Assembly: GCA_019239915.1 (NCBI GenBank)
Contig: JAFAZF010000035.1
Span: forward strand, 7,337-71,336
DNA length: 64,000 nt
Direction of reading: 5' to 3'
DNA from: Sphingomonadaceae bacterium
Lineage (GTDB): Bacteria; Pseudomonadota; Alphaproteobacteria; Sphingomonadales; Sphingomonadaceae
The notes under the pieces were generated by a model. The model made no database searches, was not told the DNA's origin, and saw only the letters and a list, made by a program, of their open reading frames with translations. The stretch's first letter is position 1. The number at the start of each line of letters is the position of its first letter. The position numbers and the translations under genes were made by a program. Shown here piece by piece: positions 18,284 through 28,020 of this stretch.

Positions 18284-19600
18284 GTGCGTATCGGATTTCT
18301 CTTCAACCACGATCAAATTCATCAGATAGCGCATAGCCTCCCTATCGGCGTCGCGCTGGCGCAGCTGACCGACGCGGAAATCATCTTCGCAACGTCTAGC
18401 CAGGCAGCGACGAACGAAGTGAGGCGCCTTGCTGGCGCGCTGATCGGAAGCCGCATTCGACTTGTTGAGCTGTCCGTCACGCGCCGCTCGTCTCGAATCG
18501 TGGCGGCGCTGCTCAACCGCCTGCTGCCCGCCAGGAAGCTTCTCATTTACCGCGACAACCTCGCCTTCTTCCGGTCGCTGGATGCGTTGGTCGTCACCGA
18601 GAAGACCTCGCTCGTCCTCAAGTCACGCTACGGAATGACGGCTCTTAAAATCATCCATACGCGTCACGGCGCGGGTGATCGCGCGGTAGGCTTCAACCGG
18701 ACAAGCGCCGAGTTCGATCACATCCTCGTTTCGGGAGAGAAAATCCAGAGCCGCCTGGTCACCGAAACAGGTGCCGACAACCGCAAGATCAGCATCGTTG
18801 GCTATCCAAAGTTCGATCTGGCGACGCAGCCGACGGTACTGAGTGCGTTGGACGACGACCGCCCGATCGTCCTCTATAACCCACACGCTACGCCGCACCT
18901 GTCATCGTGGTATAAGATGGGGCGCGCCGTTCTCGATTGGTTTGCAGAACACCCTGAGTACCGACTGATTTTCGCACCGCATGTGATGCTCTTCGAACGC
19001 CCACTGGTGATTTCGATCGACCCGCTCGCGTTCGGGTGGCCGGGGAAAATATCTAAACGCCACCTCAGCGCAGAGAATATCCACATAGATCTAGGCAGCC
19101 GGGCGTGCACGACGATGTCTTACACGGACCGGGCTGATATCTATATCGGTGACGTCAGCAGCCAAGTCTATGAGTTCCTCCGGACTCCCCGACCGTGCCT
19201 CTTCCTTGACGCCAATGGTGTGACGGACTGGGCCAATGATCGCAACTTCATCCATTGGCAAGCTGGGCCTGTGATCAGCGAGGTTGGCCGCCTTGGGGAG
19301 GGGCTCGAGCAGGCGATCGAAACGCATGGTTCCCATTTCGCCAAGGTACAGAAACTGCTTTTCCAAAATAGTTTCGATATCGATCCCAAAATGCTTTCGT
19401 CGGAACGTGCGGCGCGGGTGATCGCTAGTGTCTCACACATACCGGTCTCGTCGCATGCGCATGTGGATATGAGTAAGCGAGTGCTATTGGATGCGGTTGA
19501 TCACTTGCACAAGTATCCCGAGCGAGGTCGATCATTCCGGCCGTCCCGGGAGCGGCAGCAGCAGGCCATGCGTTTCAATTTGTCCCGAGGACGTGACTGA
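18284..19600 (+). CDS. CDP-glycerol/polyol-phosphate transferase-like protein (TagB/TagF family)
   Basis: 438 aa, GTG start. PIVLYNPHATPHLSSW...YRLIFAPHVMLFE and IYIGDVSSQVYEFLRTPRPCLFLD parallel the TagF motifs (LYAPTWR..., ITDYSSVxFDxxxxxKPxxF). Lower GC. Confidence 0.55.
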   Translation: MRIGFLFNHDQIHQIAHSLPIGVALAQLTDAEIIFATSSQAATNEVRRLAGALIGSRIRLVELSVTRRSSRIVAALLNRLLPARKLLIYRDNLAFFRSLDALVVTEKTSLVLKSRYGMTALKIIHTRHGAGDRAVGFNRTSAEFDHILVSGEKIQSRLVTETGADNRKISIVGYPKFDLATQPTVLSALDDDRPIVLYNPHATPHLSSWYKMGRAVLDWFAEHPEYRLIFAPHVMLFERPLVISIDPLAFGWPGKISKRHLSAENIHIDLGSRACTTMSYTDRADIYIGDVSSQVYEFLRTPRPCLFLDANGVTDWANDRNFIHWQAGPVISEVGRLGEGLEQAIETHGSHFAKVQKLLFQNSFDIDPKMLSSERAARVIASVSHIPVSSHAHVDMSKRVLLDAVDHLHKYPERGRSFRPSRERQQQAMRFNLSRGRD

Positions 19601-19634
19601 GCCGAACTGCCGTACGATGCTGTCTTGAGATCAA

Positions 19635-20777
19635 ATGGTGTCTAATCCAAACCGCGTCCTCGTTACAATCCACCGTATCAGTCTTGGTGGTGCAGATCGG
19701 GTTGCCATACTTGTTGCTAACGCGCTCGCTGACGCCGGTATGTCGACGTGGTTAGCGATACTTCGGGACGAGGGCGAGGGTGAGGACGCGTTGCTTCAGC
19801 TGCTCGATCCACGGGTCGAGATCCGTCGTGCCGGTCCTGCCCTGCGCTCTCGGCATCTGGAGCTCGTGCGTGGATATTTCTTCCTGCGGCGTGAGGTCGC
19901 TCATTGGCGTCCGAACGTCGTGTTGGCGAGCAGCAACAACATGGGGCTGGTGACCGGATTGGCCGCGCGCAGGGGTCAAGGCCTTCGCCATCGTGTCGCG
20001 CTCAAATTCACCAATCCTGTGGTGCGGCCGCGAGACTGGGGGGCGCCTAGAATTGCGTATCGCGAGCGGCTCTATCGCTTCGTGCTAGGACTCTACGACC
20101 GCGTGATCACGCTTTCCGATGCTGAGCGCGACACTTTGTGTGATCTTTATAGCGAACTTTGCGACCGCATTGTCACGCTCCCCAATCCCTATGTCACCGA
20201 CGAGATGCTCGAAATCATGACCGCGGCGCGAAATGACCGATCGCCGCGCATCGTCGCCTGCGGACGCATGATGCCGCAGAAGCGCTTTGATCGGCTTCTC
20301 GACGCATTTGCGCGGCTCAATGTGCCGGACGTGCAATTGGTGCTCTTGGGCGACGGACCCCTACGGGGCGAGCTGCAGACACGTGTCAATGAATTGGAAT
20401 TGGCGGGGCGCGTGCACATGCCGGGTTTCGTGGAGAACGTCTCGCCTTGGTTGGCGGGCGCCAACCTCCTCGCGCTCTCCTCAGACTATGAGGGCTTTCC
20501 CGCTGTCGTGCTCGAGGCGCTCGCTTGCGGGGTGCCGGTGGTTACGACGAACTGTTTCGATGGTGCTCGGGCATTGCTTGCTGATGCGCCCCCTTGCGCT
20601 GTCGTGGAGCGGCATGATGTCGATGCCTTTGCCGAAGCAATGGCGGCAGCGTTGCGAACACAGAGCGATCGGGAAGTACTACGCCGCCTTGCGCTGCCTT
20701 ATCGAACCGACACTGCGTTACGTTCACATGTTGCCACGATCGCCGAGCTAGCTGGACGCCAAGTTCATCTACAGTGA
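19635..20777 (+). CDS. glycosyltransferase family 4
   Basis: 380 aa. GGADRV N-terminus, C-terminal SSDYEGFPAVVLEALACGVPVVTTN (E-x7-E). Confidence 0.85.
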   Translation: MVSNPNRVLVTIHRISLGGADRVAILVANALADAGMSTWLAILRDEGEGEDALLQLLDPRVEIRRAGPALRSRHLELVRGYFFLRREVAHWRPNVVLASSNNMGLVTGLAARRGQGLRHRVALKFTNPVVRPRDWGAPRIAYRERLYRFVLGLYDRVITLSDAERDTLCDLYSELCDRIVTLPNPYVTDEMLEIMTAARNDRSPRIVACGRMMPQKRFDRLLDAFARLNVPDVQLVLLGDGPLRGELQTRVNELELAGRVHMPGFVENVSPWLAGANLLALSSDYEGFPAVVLEALACGVPVVTTNCFDGARALLADAPPCAVVERHDVDAFAEAMAAALRTQSDREVLRRLALPYRTDTALRSHVATIAELAGRQVHLQ

Positions 20778-22115
20778 TACCATTTCGTCTTGACGCAGCA
20801 TTCGTCGAACCAGAAATGTAGTCGCGGCGCGCAGCACCAGCGTCGCACCGATCATCGCCAAACCAGCGCCGACGGCGCCGTAGCTGGGTACGAACCAGGC
20901 GAGAAGAGCGAGCAGCACCAACGCGGCAACAGCGTGCGACAGCAGGACGCTGCCTGCCAGTCCATGCGCATTGAGTATGGGCTCAAGAGCGACGCCTCCT
21001 AGGTTGAGTCCGGCCGCAATCGCGAGCAGGAACAGCGTTTTCGCCGCGAAAATATAGGCACGGCCATAAAGCAGCCACAGCAAATCGCGACCAAACAACG
21101 CCGCGACCAGCATCACTACCATCGCGATCGCAAGGGCCATCATTGTTATCCGGCGACTGACCGTGATCAGCGTCTCCCGATCATCGCTGACTGCGAGACG
21201 GGCAAGTTCCGGATAGAGTGCGCGGGTAATAGACTCAACGGGTTTGCCGAGGGCAAGGGTGAGCTTGCTGGCCAATCGATATCCACCAGCGGCCGCAGGT
21301 CCAATGACGGCGCCGAGCATGATCGTACCGGCATGCTCCCAAACAAGCGATAGCGATACCACCATATTATTATGGAGAAGAAAGGAACCAATGCGGTCGT
21401 TTTCTGCGCTCATCTTGCGAATGGAACGGGGGCCACAAACGAGCGGCGTCCGCTTGATCCACAAGGCCGCAGCCCAGCCGGCGGTCGCCTCGCCAGCTAG
21501 CGCGAGCGCCCAAACCGTGAGAAAACCAGGTAGCCGCGCGCCCAGCAGCCAGCAGACGCAAGCGCCGATCAGGCGAATGAGCGGACCGACGGTCTCCGTC
21601 GCTGCGAGAAGGTCGAACCGGTCGAACAAGCGAAGCATTCCGGTTGCGGTTGCGCCGGACGAGAGAAGCAGAATGACCGAGAAGGCAGCAGCATAATGCT
21701 GCTCTGAGGCAGACCAACCCAGCAGCGGACCGACAAAAGGAACTGCAGCGATCGCGATCAGCGCGCCGAAGAGCGCGGCAGCGACGTCGAGCAACGCCAG
21801 TCCGCCAAGCAAGTTCGCCAGTCGATCATTTTCCCCGGCGGCGAGATGGATCGAACCGAAGCGGATGACCGCATAGCTCGTCTGAAATGTCACGAGCGCC
21901 GCGAGGCCGCCTGTGTAAGATAGCACCAGGCTGAACGTACCGAACTGGCGCGGGCCGAGCGCTCGAGCAACGATCGCGAGATAAAAGAGGCTGACGATTC
22001 CCGAAACACCGCGACCGCTCAGGATCCAGCCGGCATTGCGACCGAGACGACGTATAACAGTGGTAGCGGCCGGCCTTGATAGCGCATCGATGCGCCCCCC
22101 ACCGTTGATCGTCAT
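20769..22115 (-). CDS. oligosaccharide/polysaccharide flippase (Wzx-like, MOP superfamily)
   Basis: 448 aa, hydrophobic along its whole length, N-terminal RRLGRNAGWILSGRGVSGIVSLFYLAIVARALGPRQFG typical of polysaccharide biosynthesis (PST) transporters. Confidence 0.75.
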   Translation of the reverse strand: MTINGGGRIDALSRPAATTVIRRLGRNAGWILSGRGVSGIVSLFYLAIVARALGPRQFGTFSLVLSYTGGLAALVTFQTSYAVIRFGSIHLAAGENDRLANLLGGLALLDVAAALFGALIAIAAVPFVGPLLGWSASEQHYAAAFSVILLLSSGATATGMLRLFDRFDLLAATETVGPLIRLIGACVCWLLGARLPGFLTVWALALAGEATAGWAAALWIKRTPLVCGPRSIRKMSAENDRIGSFLLHNNMVVSLSLVWEHAGTIMLGAVIGPAAAGGYRLASKLTLALGKPVESITRALYPELARLAVSDDRETLITVSRRITMMALAIAMVVMLVAALFGRDLLWLLYGRAYIFAAKTLFLLAIAAGLNLGGVALEPILNAHGLAGSVLLSHAVAALVLLALLAWFVPSYGAVGAGLAMIGATLVLRAATTFLVRRMLRQDEMVSL

Positions 22116-22130
22116 CGCCGCAGATCCGCC

Positions 22131-23255
22131 TTAGCCGTTGAGCGCTTCGAGGTGGCTACGAACACCGTTTTCAATCGAATAGCGCTCCGCGATCGACCGA
22201 AGAGCGGTAGGCCGCGATTGCGTCAGGTGAAGATCGATTTGCGCAGCGAGAAGCACTGGCGAGGGATCTTCGATGATCGCACAACCCTCCGCTTGCTCCA
22301 GCAAGCTCCGCGCCGCCGGAAAGCAATCGGTGCTGAGCACCGGACAGTTGGCTGCCATCGCTTCCAACACAACCGCTGGCAAGCCTTCGTAGGCAGACGT
22401 CAGCACAAAGAGCTGGGCGCTGTGAAGGATCTGCGGAATGTCATTGGAAAAGCCTGGCATCGCAACCCGAGCCCCAAGGCCGAGCCGATCAATCATCGAT
22501 TGCAGCGCCGCTCGATCTTCGCCCTCACCGAGGATCAGCAGTCGCGCACCGGGGGTTCGCACATGTTCGAACGCGGCGATGAGCCGGTCGAGGCGCTTCT
22601 GCCTCGTCAATCGGGCGACGCTCACGACTAACGCGGTCGGCCGCACGGGCGCTTGTACCGTCGGCGCGGCTAACATGGCGGGAGTGACATAGGGGTTGGC
22701 CACGTCGCGGAAAAGGCGCGAGAACTCTGCAAACCCCTCCCGCATTTCGCGACTTTCATCGGCGCTAAGCGTCCAGACTGCAGTCGCACGGCGGAAAGCA
22801 AATCGGTAGGTGTAGCGCCGGAGCGCGCGCACGAGGCCGCGGTGGCGAGAAGAGGCGATAGGGTTGGTCGTCTTTATGTACAGCCGCGTTGCGCGAAGGC
22901 CGGCAAAGCGGAGCGCAACAGCCGTGATTAAGGCGACATTGTTCGCTGCGGCGACAACCACGTCGGGATCGGTGAAGCGCAGCGATCGAACAAGCGCGGG
23001 CAAGCGACGGAGGAGATCGAACGGCCGCGTGAAGCCGTGATCGCCAAGGAACTGGATCGCGACACTCGTGCTTATCAGCGGCTGGATAGCGCCTTCCGCT
23101 TCCCCACCTCGCGCGATGATGACAAGCTCGGTGTTGAGACCGTGCGCTGCGAACCCGGTGGCCAGATAGGCCGCCACGCGGCCGCTTCCACCTCGATCAA
23201 AGCTGTGCAAAATGAAGCTGACGCGCGGCGCGCGTTCGTCTCGGTTAGGCGGCAT
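22131..23255 (-). CDS. glycosyltransferase family 4
   Basis: 374 aa. HSFDRGGSGRVA N-terminus, TSAYEGLPAVVLEAMAANCPVLSTD E-x7-E motif. Start overlaps the asnB-like stop. Confidence 0.85.
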   Translation of the reverse strand: MPPNRDERAPRVSFILHSFDRGGSGRVAAYLATGFAAHGLNTELVIIARGGEAEGAIQPLISTSVAIQFLGDHGFTRPFDLLRRLPALVRSLRFTDPDVVVAAANNVALITAVALRFAGLRATRLYIKTTNPIASSRHRGLVRALRRYTYRFAFRRATAVWTLSADESREMREGFAEFSRLFRDVANPYVTPAMLAAPTVQAPVRPTALVVSVARLTRQKRLDRLIAAFEHVRTPGARLLILGEGEDRAALQSMIDRLGLGARVAMPGFSNDIPQILHSAQLFVLTSAYEGLPAVVLEAMAANCPVLSTDCFPAARSLLEQAEGCAIIEDPSPVLLAAQIDLHLTQSRPTALRSIAERYSIENGVRSHLEALNG

Positions 23256-25170
23256 CGGCGCTCAGCGTAAGCGGAGCCGGACGGGTATCACGCCACCAAA
23301 GCGCGAAAATGGCGAGAGCGTAGAGCATGCGGCTGTGGTTCGCCTCGCCGCGCCGATGCTCCGCGAACAGCCTTTCGACCTCGCGATTATCGACATAGCC
23401 GCTCAAGGCGGCGCCGCTGTCGAACCAGGTTTCTCGCGCCACGATGCCGAACTGCCCGCGAAACCAAGCTGCAAGCGGCATCTGAAATCCTTGCTTTGGC
23501 CGATCGACGACTCCCCGCGGAAGCCAAGGCTCAATCGCACGGCGCAGCAGATATTTGCCTGTCCCACGGCGCAGTTTCAGCGCGTTCGGCACGGTAAGGG
23601 CCCAGTCGACGAGTTTGTGGGACAAGAGCGGCACGCGGGCTTCGAGCGAATGGGCCATACTGGCTCGATCAAGCCGCGTGAGCATCGCCGATGGCATGTT
23701 GAGCGTCAGTTCCGCGACCAGAATTTGATCAAGCGCGCTTAAGCTGTTCTCCGCGTCTCCGAAGTGCTCGGCTTCCAGTCGTGAAAACGCATCGTTCGTT
23801 TCGAAGCGCGTGAGCACTCCTTGACCATAGAGTTGCATCCGAGTGGCATGCTGGCTGATCTGTGTTGCGGCAAAAAATTGCTGATAGCCGTCGGGCAATT
23901 GCAACAGCTCGCCTAGCCTGCGGATGTGATGGCGCAGGTAGTTGAGATGAACGGAACTACCCGTAGGGAGTCGCGCGGCTGTACTTGCGAAAGGCTGAAG
24001 CGCGCGCAGCAATGGCCGATACTGCGATATCAGACGCGCGTTGCGATGGCGCTTGTAACCCGCAAAAAGTTCGTCGCCGCCCTCGCCGCACAGAACGACC
24101 TTTACATGCTGCCGCGCGAGCTTTGAGGCATACCAGGTCGGAATGGCAGCCATGTCCGCAAAAGGTTCATCGAAGCAACGTTGGACGTCAGGAAGCGCCT
24201 GATAGGCGGTCTCGACGGCCAGTGGCAGCACCAAGTGCTTGCAGCCAAGATGAGTTGCGATCTGATGGGCGGCACGACTCTCGTCAATGCCGGCGCCCGG
24301 ATAGCCAATCGTGAACGCAGTAATCGGCTGATCGGTTGATCTGACCATTGCCGCGAGCACCGCGGAGGAGTCGACCCCTCCAGAGAGAAACGCTCCCACC
24401 GGAACATCGGCCTGCATGTGACGCTTCGTCGATTCGAGCAGCGCGGACCGCATCTGCTCGATCCACTCCGCCACGGCCACGCGTTCCCCTTGACGAAAGG
24501 CCGGTGCCCAGTAGTGCTTTAATTGCGCCTCACCCATCGGGCCGATCTTCAGGAAGCAACCGGGAGCGAGCGTGGTGACCTCACGGTAGATTGATCGCGG
24601 TCTGCGCACGTGCCCGAAGCTGAAGAAGTCGTGGACTGCGCGCTCTTCAATCGAAAATTCATGATCAGGCAGGATGCGAAGACTTTTGAGCTCGGATGCA
24701 AAGGCGAGGCCGCCATGCTGCTGCGTCAGATATAACGGCTTGATTCCCAACGGATCGCGGACAAGCGTCAGTTCACGCTTGTTCCGATCCCAGATTGCGA
24801 TCGCAAACATTCCCTCGAGCTTCGCCCAAGCGTCGTCGCCCCAGATGGCGGCCGCGGCAAGCACCGTCTCGGTGTCGGAATGCGTCTTGAACTCATAGCC
24901 GTGCCCGACAAGAGCCCGTCGAAGGTCAAGGTGATTGTAGATCTCGCCGTTGAACACGATCGATAACGCGCCGTCAGACGTTGACATCGGCTGGTGCCCG
25001 CCATCGAGGTCGACGATGCTCAAGCGCTGCATGCCGAAGCCGAAGTCACCCTCGGCGAGAACGCCGCGATCGTCGGGACCTCGGTGGACGATCAGGTCGC
25101 ACATTCCGTGCACGACCGCGTCGGGAACGGGACGTGCCTGGCGTCGGAACCAGCCCGCTATGCCGCACAT
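23245..25170 (-). CDS. asparagine synthase (glutamine-hydrolysing)-like amidotransferase
   Basis: 641 aa. N-terminal nucleophile MCGIAGWF, PP-loop FLSGGVDSS. Confidence 0.9.
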   Translation of the reverse strand: MCGIAGWFRRQARPVPDAVVHGMCDLIVHRGPDDRGVLAEGDFGFGMQRLSIVDLDGGHQPMSTSDGALSIVFNGEIYNHLDLRRALVGHGYEFKTHSDTETVLAAAAIWGDDAWAKLEGMFAIAIWDRNKRELTLVRDPLGIKPLYLTQQHGGLAFASELKSLRILPDHEFSIEERAVHDFFSFGHVRRPRSIYREVTTLAPGCFLKIGPMGEAQLKHYWAPAFRQGERVAVAEWIEQMRSALLESTKRHMQADVPVGAFLSGGVDSSAVLAAMVRSTDQPITAFTIGYPGAGIDESRAAHQIATHLGCKHLVLPLAVETAYQALPDVQRCFDEPFADMAAIPTWYASKLARQHVKVVLCGEGGDELFAGYKRHRNARLISQYRPLLRALQPFASTAARLPTGSSVHLNYLRHHIRRLGELLQLPDGYQQFFAATQISQHATRMQLYGQGVLTRFETNDAFSRLEAEHFGDAENSLSALDQILVAELTLNMPSAMLTRLDRASMAHSLEARVPLLSHKLVDWALTVPNALKLRRGTGKYLLRRAIEPWLPRGVVDRPKQGFQMPLAAWFRGQFGIVARETWFDSGAALSGYVDNREVERLFAEHRRGEANHSRMLYALAIFALWWRDTRPAPLTLSADAA

Positions 25171-26542
25171 GAGCGAATGCTGTTCTGATTAAAAAACTTC
25201 GCTGGCTGACCCTGGTCGTACCAGGCAATCCGCTCAGGCGCAGCGCGCCACGTAAGTTGATGTGCAGGCCCCACCAGCTTTCCGCTTCCGAGTCGACCCG
25301 CGTCCGAGGCCATGCTTGTGCAGCTTAACCCGCGCATCTCGAAGCATCTGCCCGGAGCCACAGCCCCGCCTTCGCTGTGGCGGCGATTACGCATACCGAG
25401 CATTCCCGCTATCAATTGATGCGAGGCAAAGGGCCTCAGTTGAATATGACGCCGGTGATTTGAGAATCCCGCAGCAGCAATGGCGCGTCCGCGGTTTCGC
25501 GGTCGCCTCGGGAATGCACGCGGTTACCGCCGCGCTGAACCTCGGGACCAAGATTGACATGGCAGTGGCCCCCTTGCCGTACTCCGTCAATTCTGCCGTA
25601 CCTGTAGTAGCGCTGAAACACTCGCTCGGAACCTGCGCGCCTTGTCAGCGCGGATCCAGCTGAGTGGCGCCCGGCGTAGGCCGAACAAGTCCACAAAATT
25701 GTGGATTTATCTTGGCGCGGACCGGATCGTCGCAAAGCGGACGTGCAGACCATCGCCGCCTGGAGAGAGCGCGAATATTGTTTATGCTTTCGAGAGATGT
25801 TCATAGTCGATGGCCAGGGCGCTGGAAAGCTGGTCGGTTTAGTGACTGACATTTGTTCAGGCGATTGCGGCGATCGTGTTCAATGACGAGCGCCGTAGAG
25901 CCTTTGGCGCAGCGGCGTGGCAGGTCAGGAAGCGCTACAACTGGCCTGTCGTTAACGCTGCAGTCGAGCGCGCCTATCATAGCGTGCTCAATCGACGCAG
26001 GCATGGGTCCGCTCCGCCGCCGCACGAAGACCGGAGATGAGGCTTTTATCAGCGACAGGCGTCACGTCCATTCCTGGAGCGGCAGTTCCGGAGTCGTGTG
26101 GAATGAAAGATATTTTCCAGTGCGTAAGTCGAGCTGTGGAACTGCGGGCTAGACTGCCAATGCGGGATCGCTCGCGCGGATGCTCGGGCGAGCGCCTCTT
26201 GCACTGAGCTGTTGGCGGCATACGAGCGGCGGCCATATGGATCTTCGTCCCATTCGTGCGCTGCGCAGGGCATTGTCGTTGCTATTGCCGCGGCGCGTGC
26301 GGCGATCGTTGCGCCCGCACTTCTTGGCCCCTCGAGGACGGCGTTCTTGCGGCCCTTTTTGTTGGCCGGCTGAACGCACTCGCTGCCGCCACCGCTGTCG
26401 TCAGCCGTGTACTAACAATCGGCCACCTACCGAGAGACGTGCGTTGCACATTACCCCGCAGGTGTGGCGGCGATCGAGCAGCGATTATACAGATTGGCCG
26501 GGGTTGGTTGCAGTGGCGGCTAATGGCCTGCTGGCAGTGTCT

Positions 26543-27062
26543 ATGACGAACCGCGTTGCGCTAGAACGCTTTTTGCGCGCGCGGGGAGCTGGCTCCGACG
26601 CCGAGGATATTGCGCAGGAACTCTGGATGAAGCTGGGAGCGGGCGGTCAGGGCCCGGTCGCGGATCCGTTGGCCTATCTCTATCGGATGGCGAATAATCT
26701 GATGATCGATCATCATCGTGCCGCGTCGCGGCGGCGCGATCGAGAGCGGAGCTGGAACGCCAGCGGCGGCGAAGCGCACGAACAGCCTTCCATCGAGCGC
26801 CAGCTTCTCTCCCGAGAGCGGTTGGCCGAGATCGACCGGCATCGACGCGCTCGGCAGTCGGACGGCGTCGATACTGCGGCGTTTCCGCATTGATGGCGTC
26901 AGCCACGGCCAAATCGCGGCTGAGCAAGGAATCAGCATCAGCGCGATCGAGAAGCAGTTGCGCAAGACGTACCAAATACTGGGCACGCTGCGGGCGGAGG
27001 ATGCGGTTGAGGCGGAGCGAGAACGTCTCGATTCCGGAGGTTCGAGCAATGCCGGCGGCTGA
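26543..27062 (+). pseudogene. ECF (FecI-like) sigma-70 factor interrupted by a +1 frameshift near 26840
   Basis: Region 2 (MTNRVALERFLRARGAGSDAEDIAQELWMKL...YLYRMANNLMIDHHR) runs in the frame of ORF 26180..26893 up to ...RLAEIDR. Region 4 (IDALGSRTASILRRFRIDGVSHGQIAAEQGISISAIEKQLRKTYQIL) continues in the frame of ORF 26718..27062. Joined length is ~172 aa. Confidence 0.7.
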
Positions 27063-28020
27063 CGATGAGGCGGTGGGCTGGATCATTCGGCTGCGCGATG
27101 CGCCGGTTGAGGATTGGCAGTCTTTCACGTTCTGGTTGGAGCGCGATGCGGAACATGCAGCCGCGTACGAACGGCTGGCGGCGATCGATGCGGATGCCGC
27201 GGACCGGATGCGCACGCGCCCAACATCGGACAGGGAAATCTCCGCCGAACTTAAACACGCTAAATCGGCGGCCGATCGTCTCGCGCCGGGTTCACAGTCG
27301 CGCTGGCGCTATTGGATGAGTGGCCTCTCCGCGGGTCTCGCCGTAGCTGGCGGCGGCATCGCGGTGCTCACCGCCATGCCGGCGACCTATGCCGTGACCA
27401 CCGCGCCTGGGGAGACGCGCAGCGTCGCGTTTGCCGACGGAACACGGATCGAGCTGGCCGGCGATAGCAGGGTGCTGCTCGACCGACGCGACCCCCGTAA
27501 GGCCGAGCTGGCGAGCGGGGAGGCGCTGTTCACCGTGGTCCACGACCCGCGCCACGGCTTTGAAGTGCGCGTTGGCACAGCGCGCATTGAGGATCTTGGC
27601 ACGGTGTTCGACGTCAGCCGTCGCGGCGCGGCCACCGAGGTGTCCGTTGCGTCCGGTGCGGTGCGATACAAACCGGAGGGAGATGCGCTGCGGCTTGGTG
27701 CGGGCGATCGATTGCGCGATCCGGATGGCACCGCGGTGCCGAGCCGCAGCCACATCGAGCCGGCTGACGTCGCGGAATGGCGCGAGGCGCGGCTCAGCTT
27801 CAATGGCCGATGCCTCGCCGAGGTCGCCGCGCAGATATACGCGACCAGCGGACTGCCGTTGCGGGTTTCACCAGTCATCGCCGATCGCGCCTTTACGGGC
27901 GTGATTGTGGTCGCTGGCGGCCGCGAGGCGCTTATGCGAAGGCTCCAACCGCTGCTGGATGTGAGTGCGGTGAGGCAGGGCGCAGGTTGGCTGCTCATTC
28001 CGGCAAGTGCCACGCGCTGA
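27049..28020 (+). CDS. FecR-family anti-sigma factor / transmembrane sensor
   Basis: Track ORF 26890..28020 trimmed to ATG 27049 (MPAADDEAVGWIIRLRD...WQSFTFWLERD). Central TM segment (LSAGLAVAGGGIAVLTAM) and a FecR periplasmic domain. Start overlaps the sigma stop by 14 nt. Confidence 0.8.
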   Translation: MPAADDEAVGWIIRLRDAPVEDWQSFTFWLERDAEHAAAYERLAAIDADAADRMRTRPTSDREISAELKHAKSAADRLAPGSQSRWRYWMSGLSAGLAVAGGGIAVLTAMPATYAVTTAPGETRSVAFADGTRIELAGDSRVLLDRRDPRKAELASGEALFTVVHDPRHGFEVRVGTARIEDLGTVFDVSRRGAATEVSVASGAVRYKPEGDALRLGAGDRLRDPDGTAVPSRSHIEPADVAEWREARLSFNGRCLAEVAAQIYATSGLPLRVSPVIADRAFTGVIVVAGGREALMRRLQPLLDVSAVRQGAGWLLIPASATR

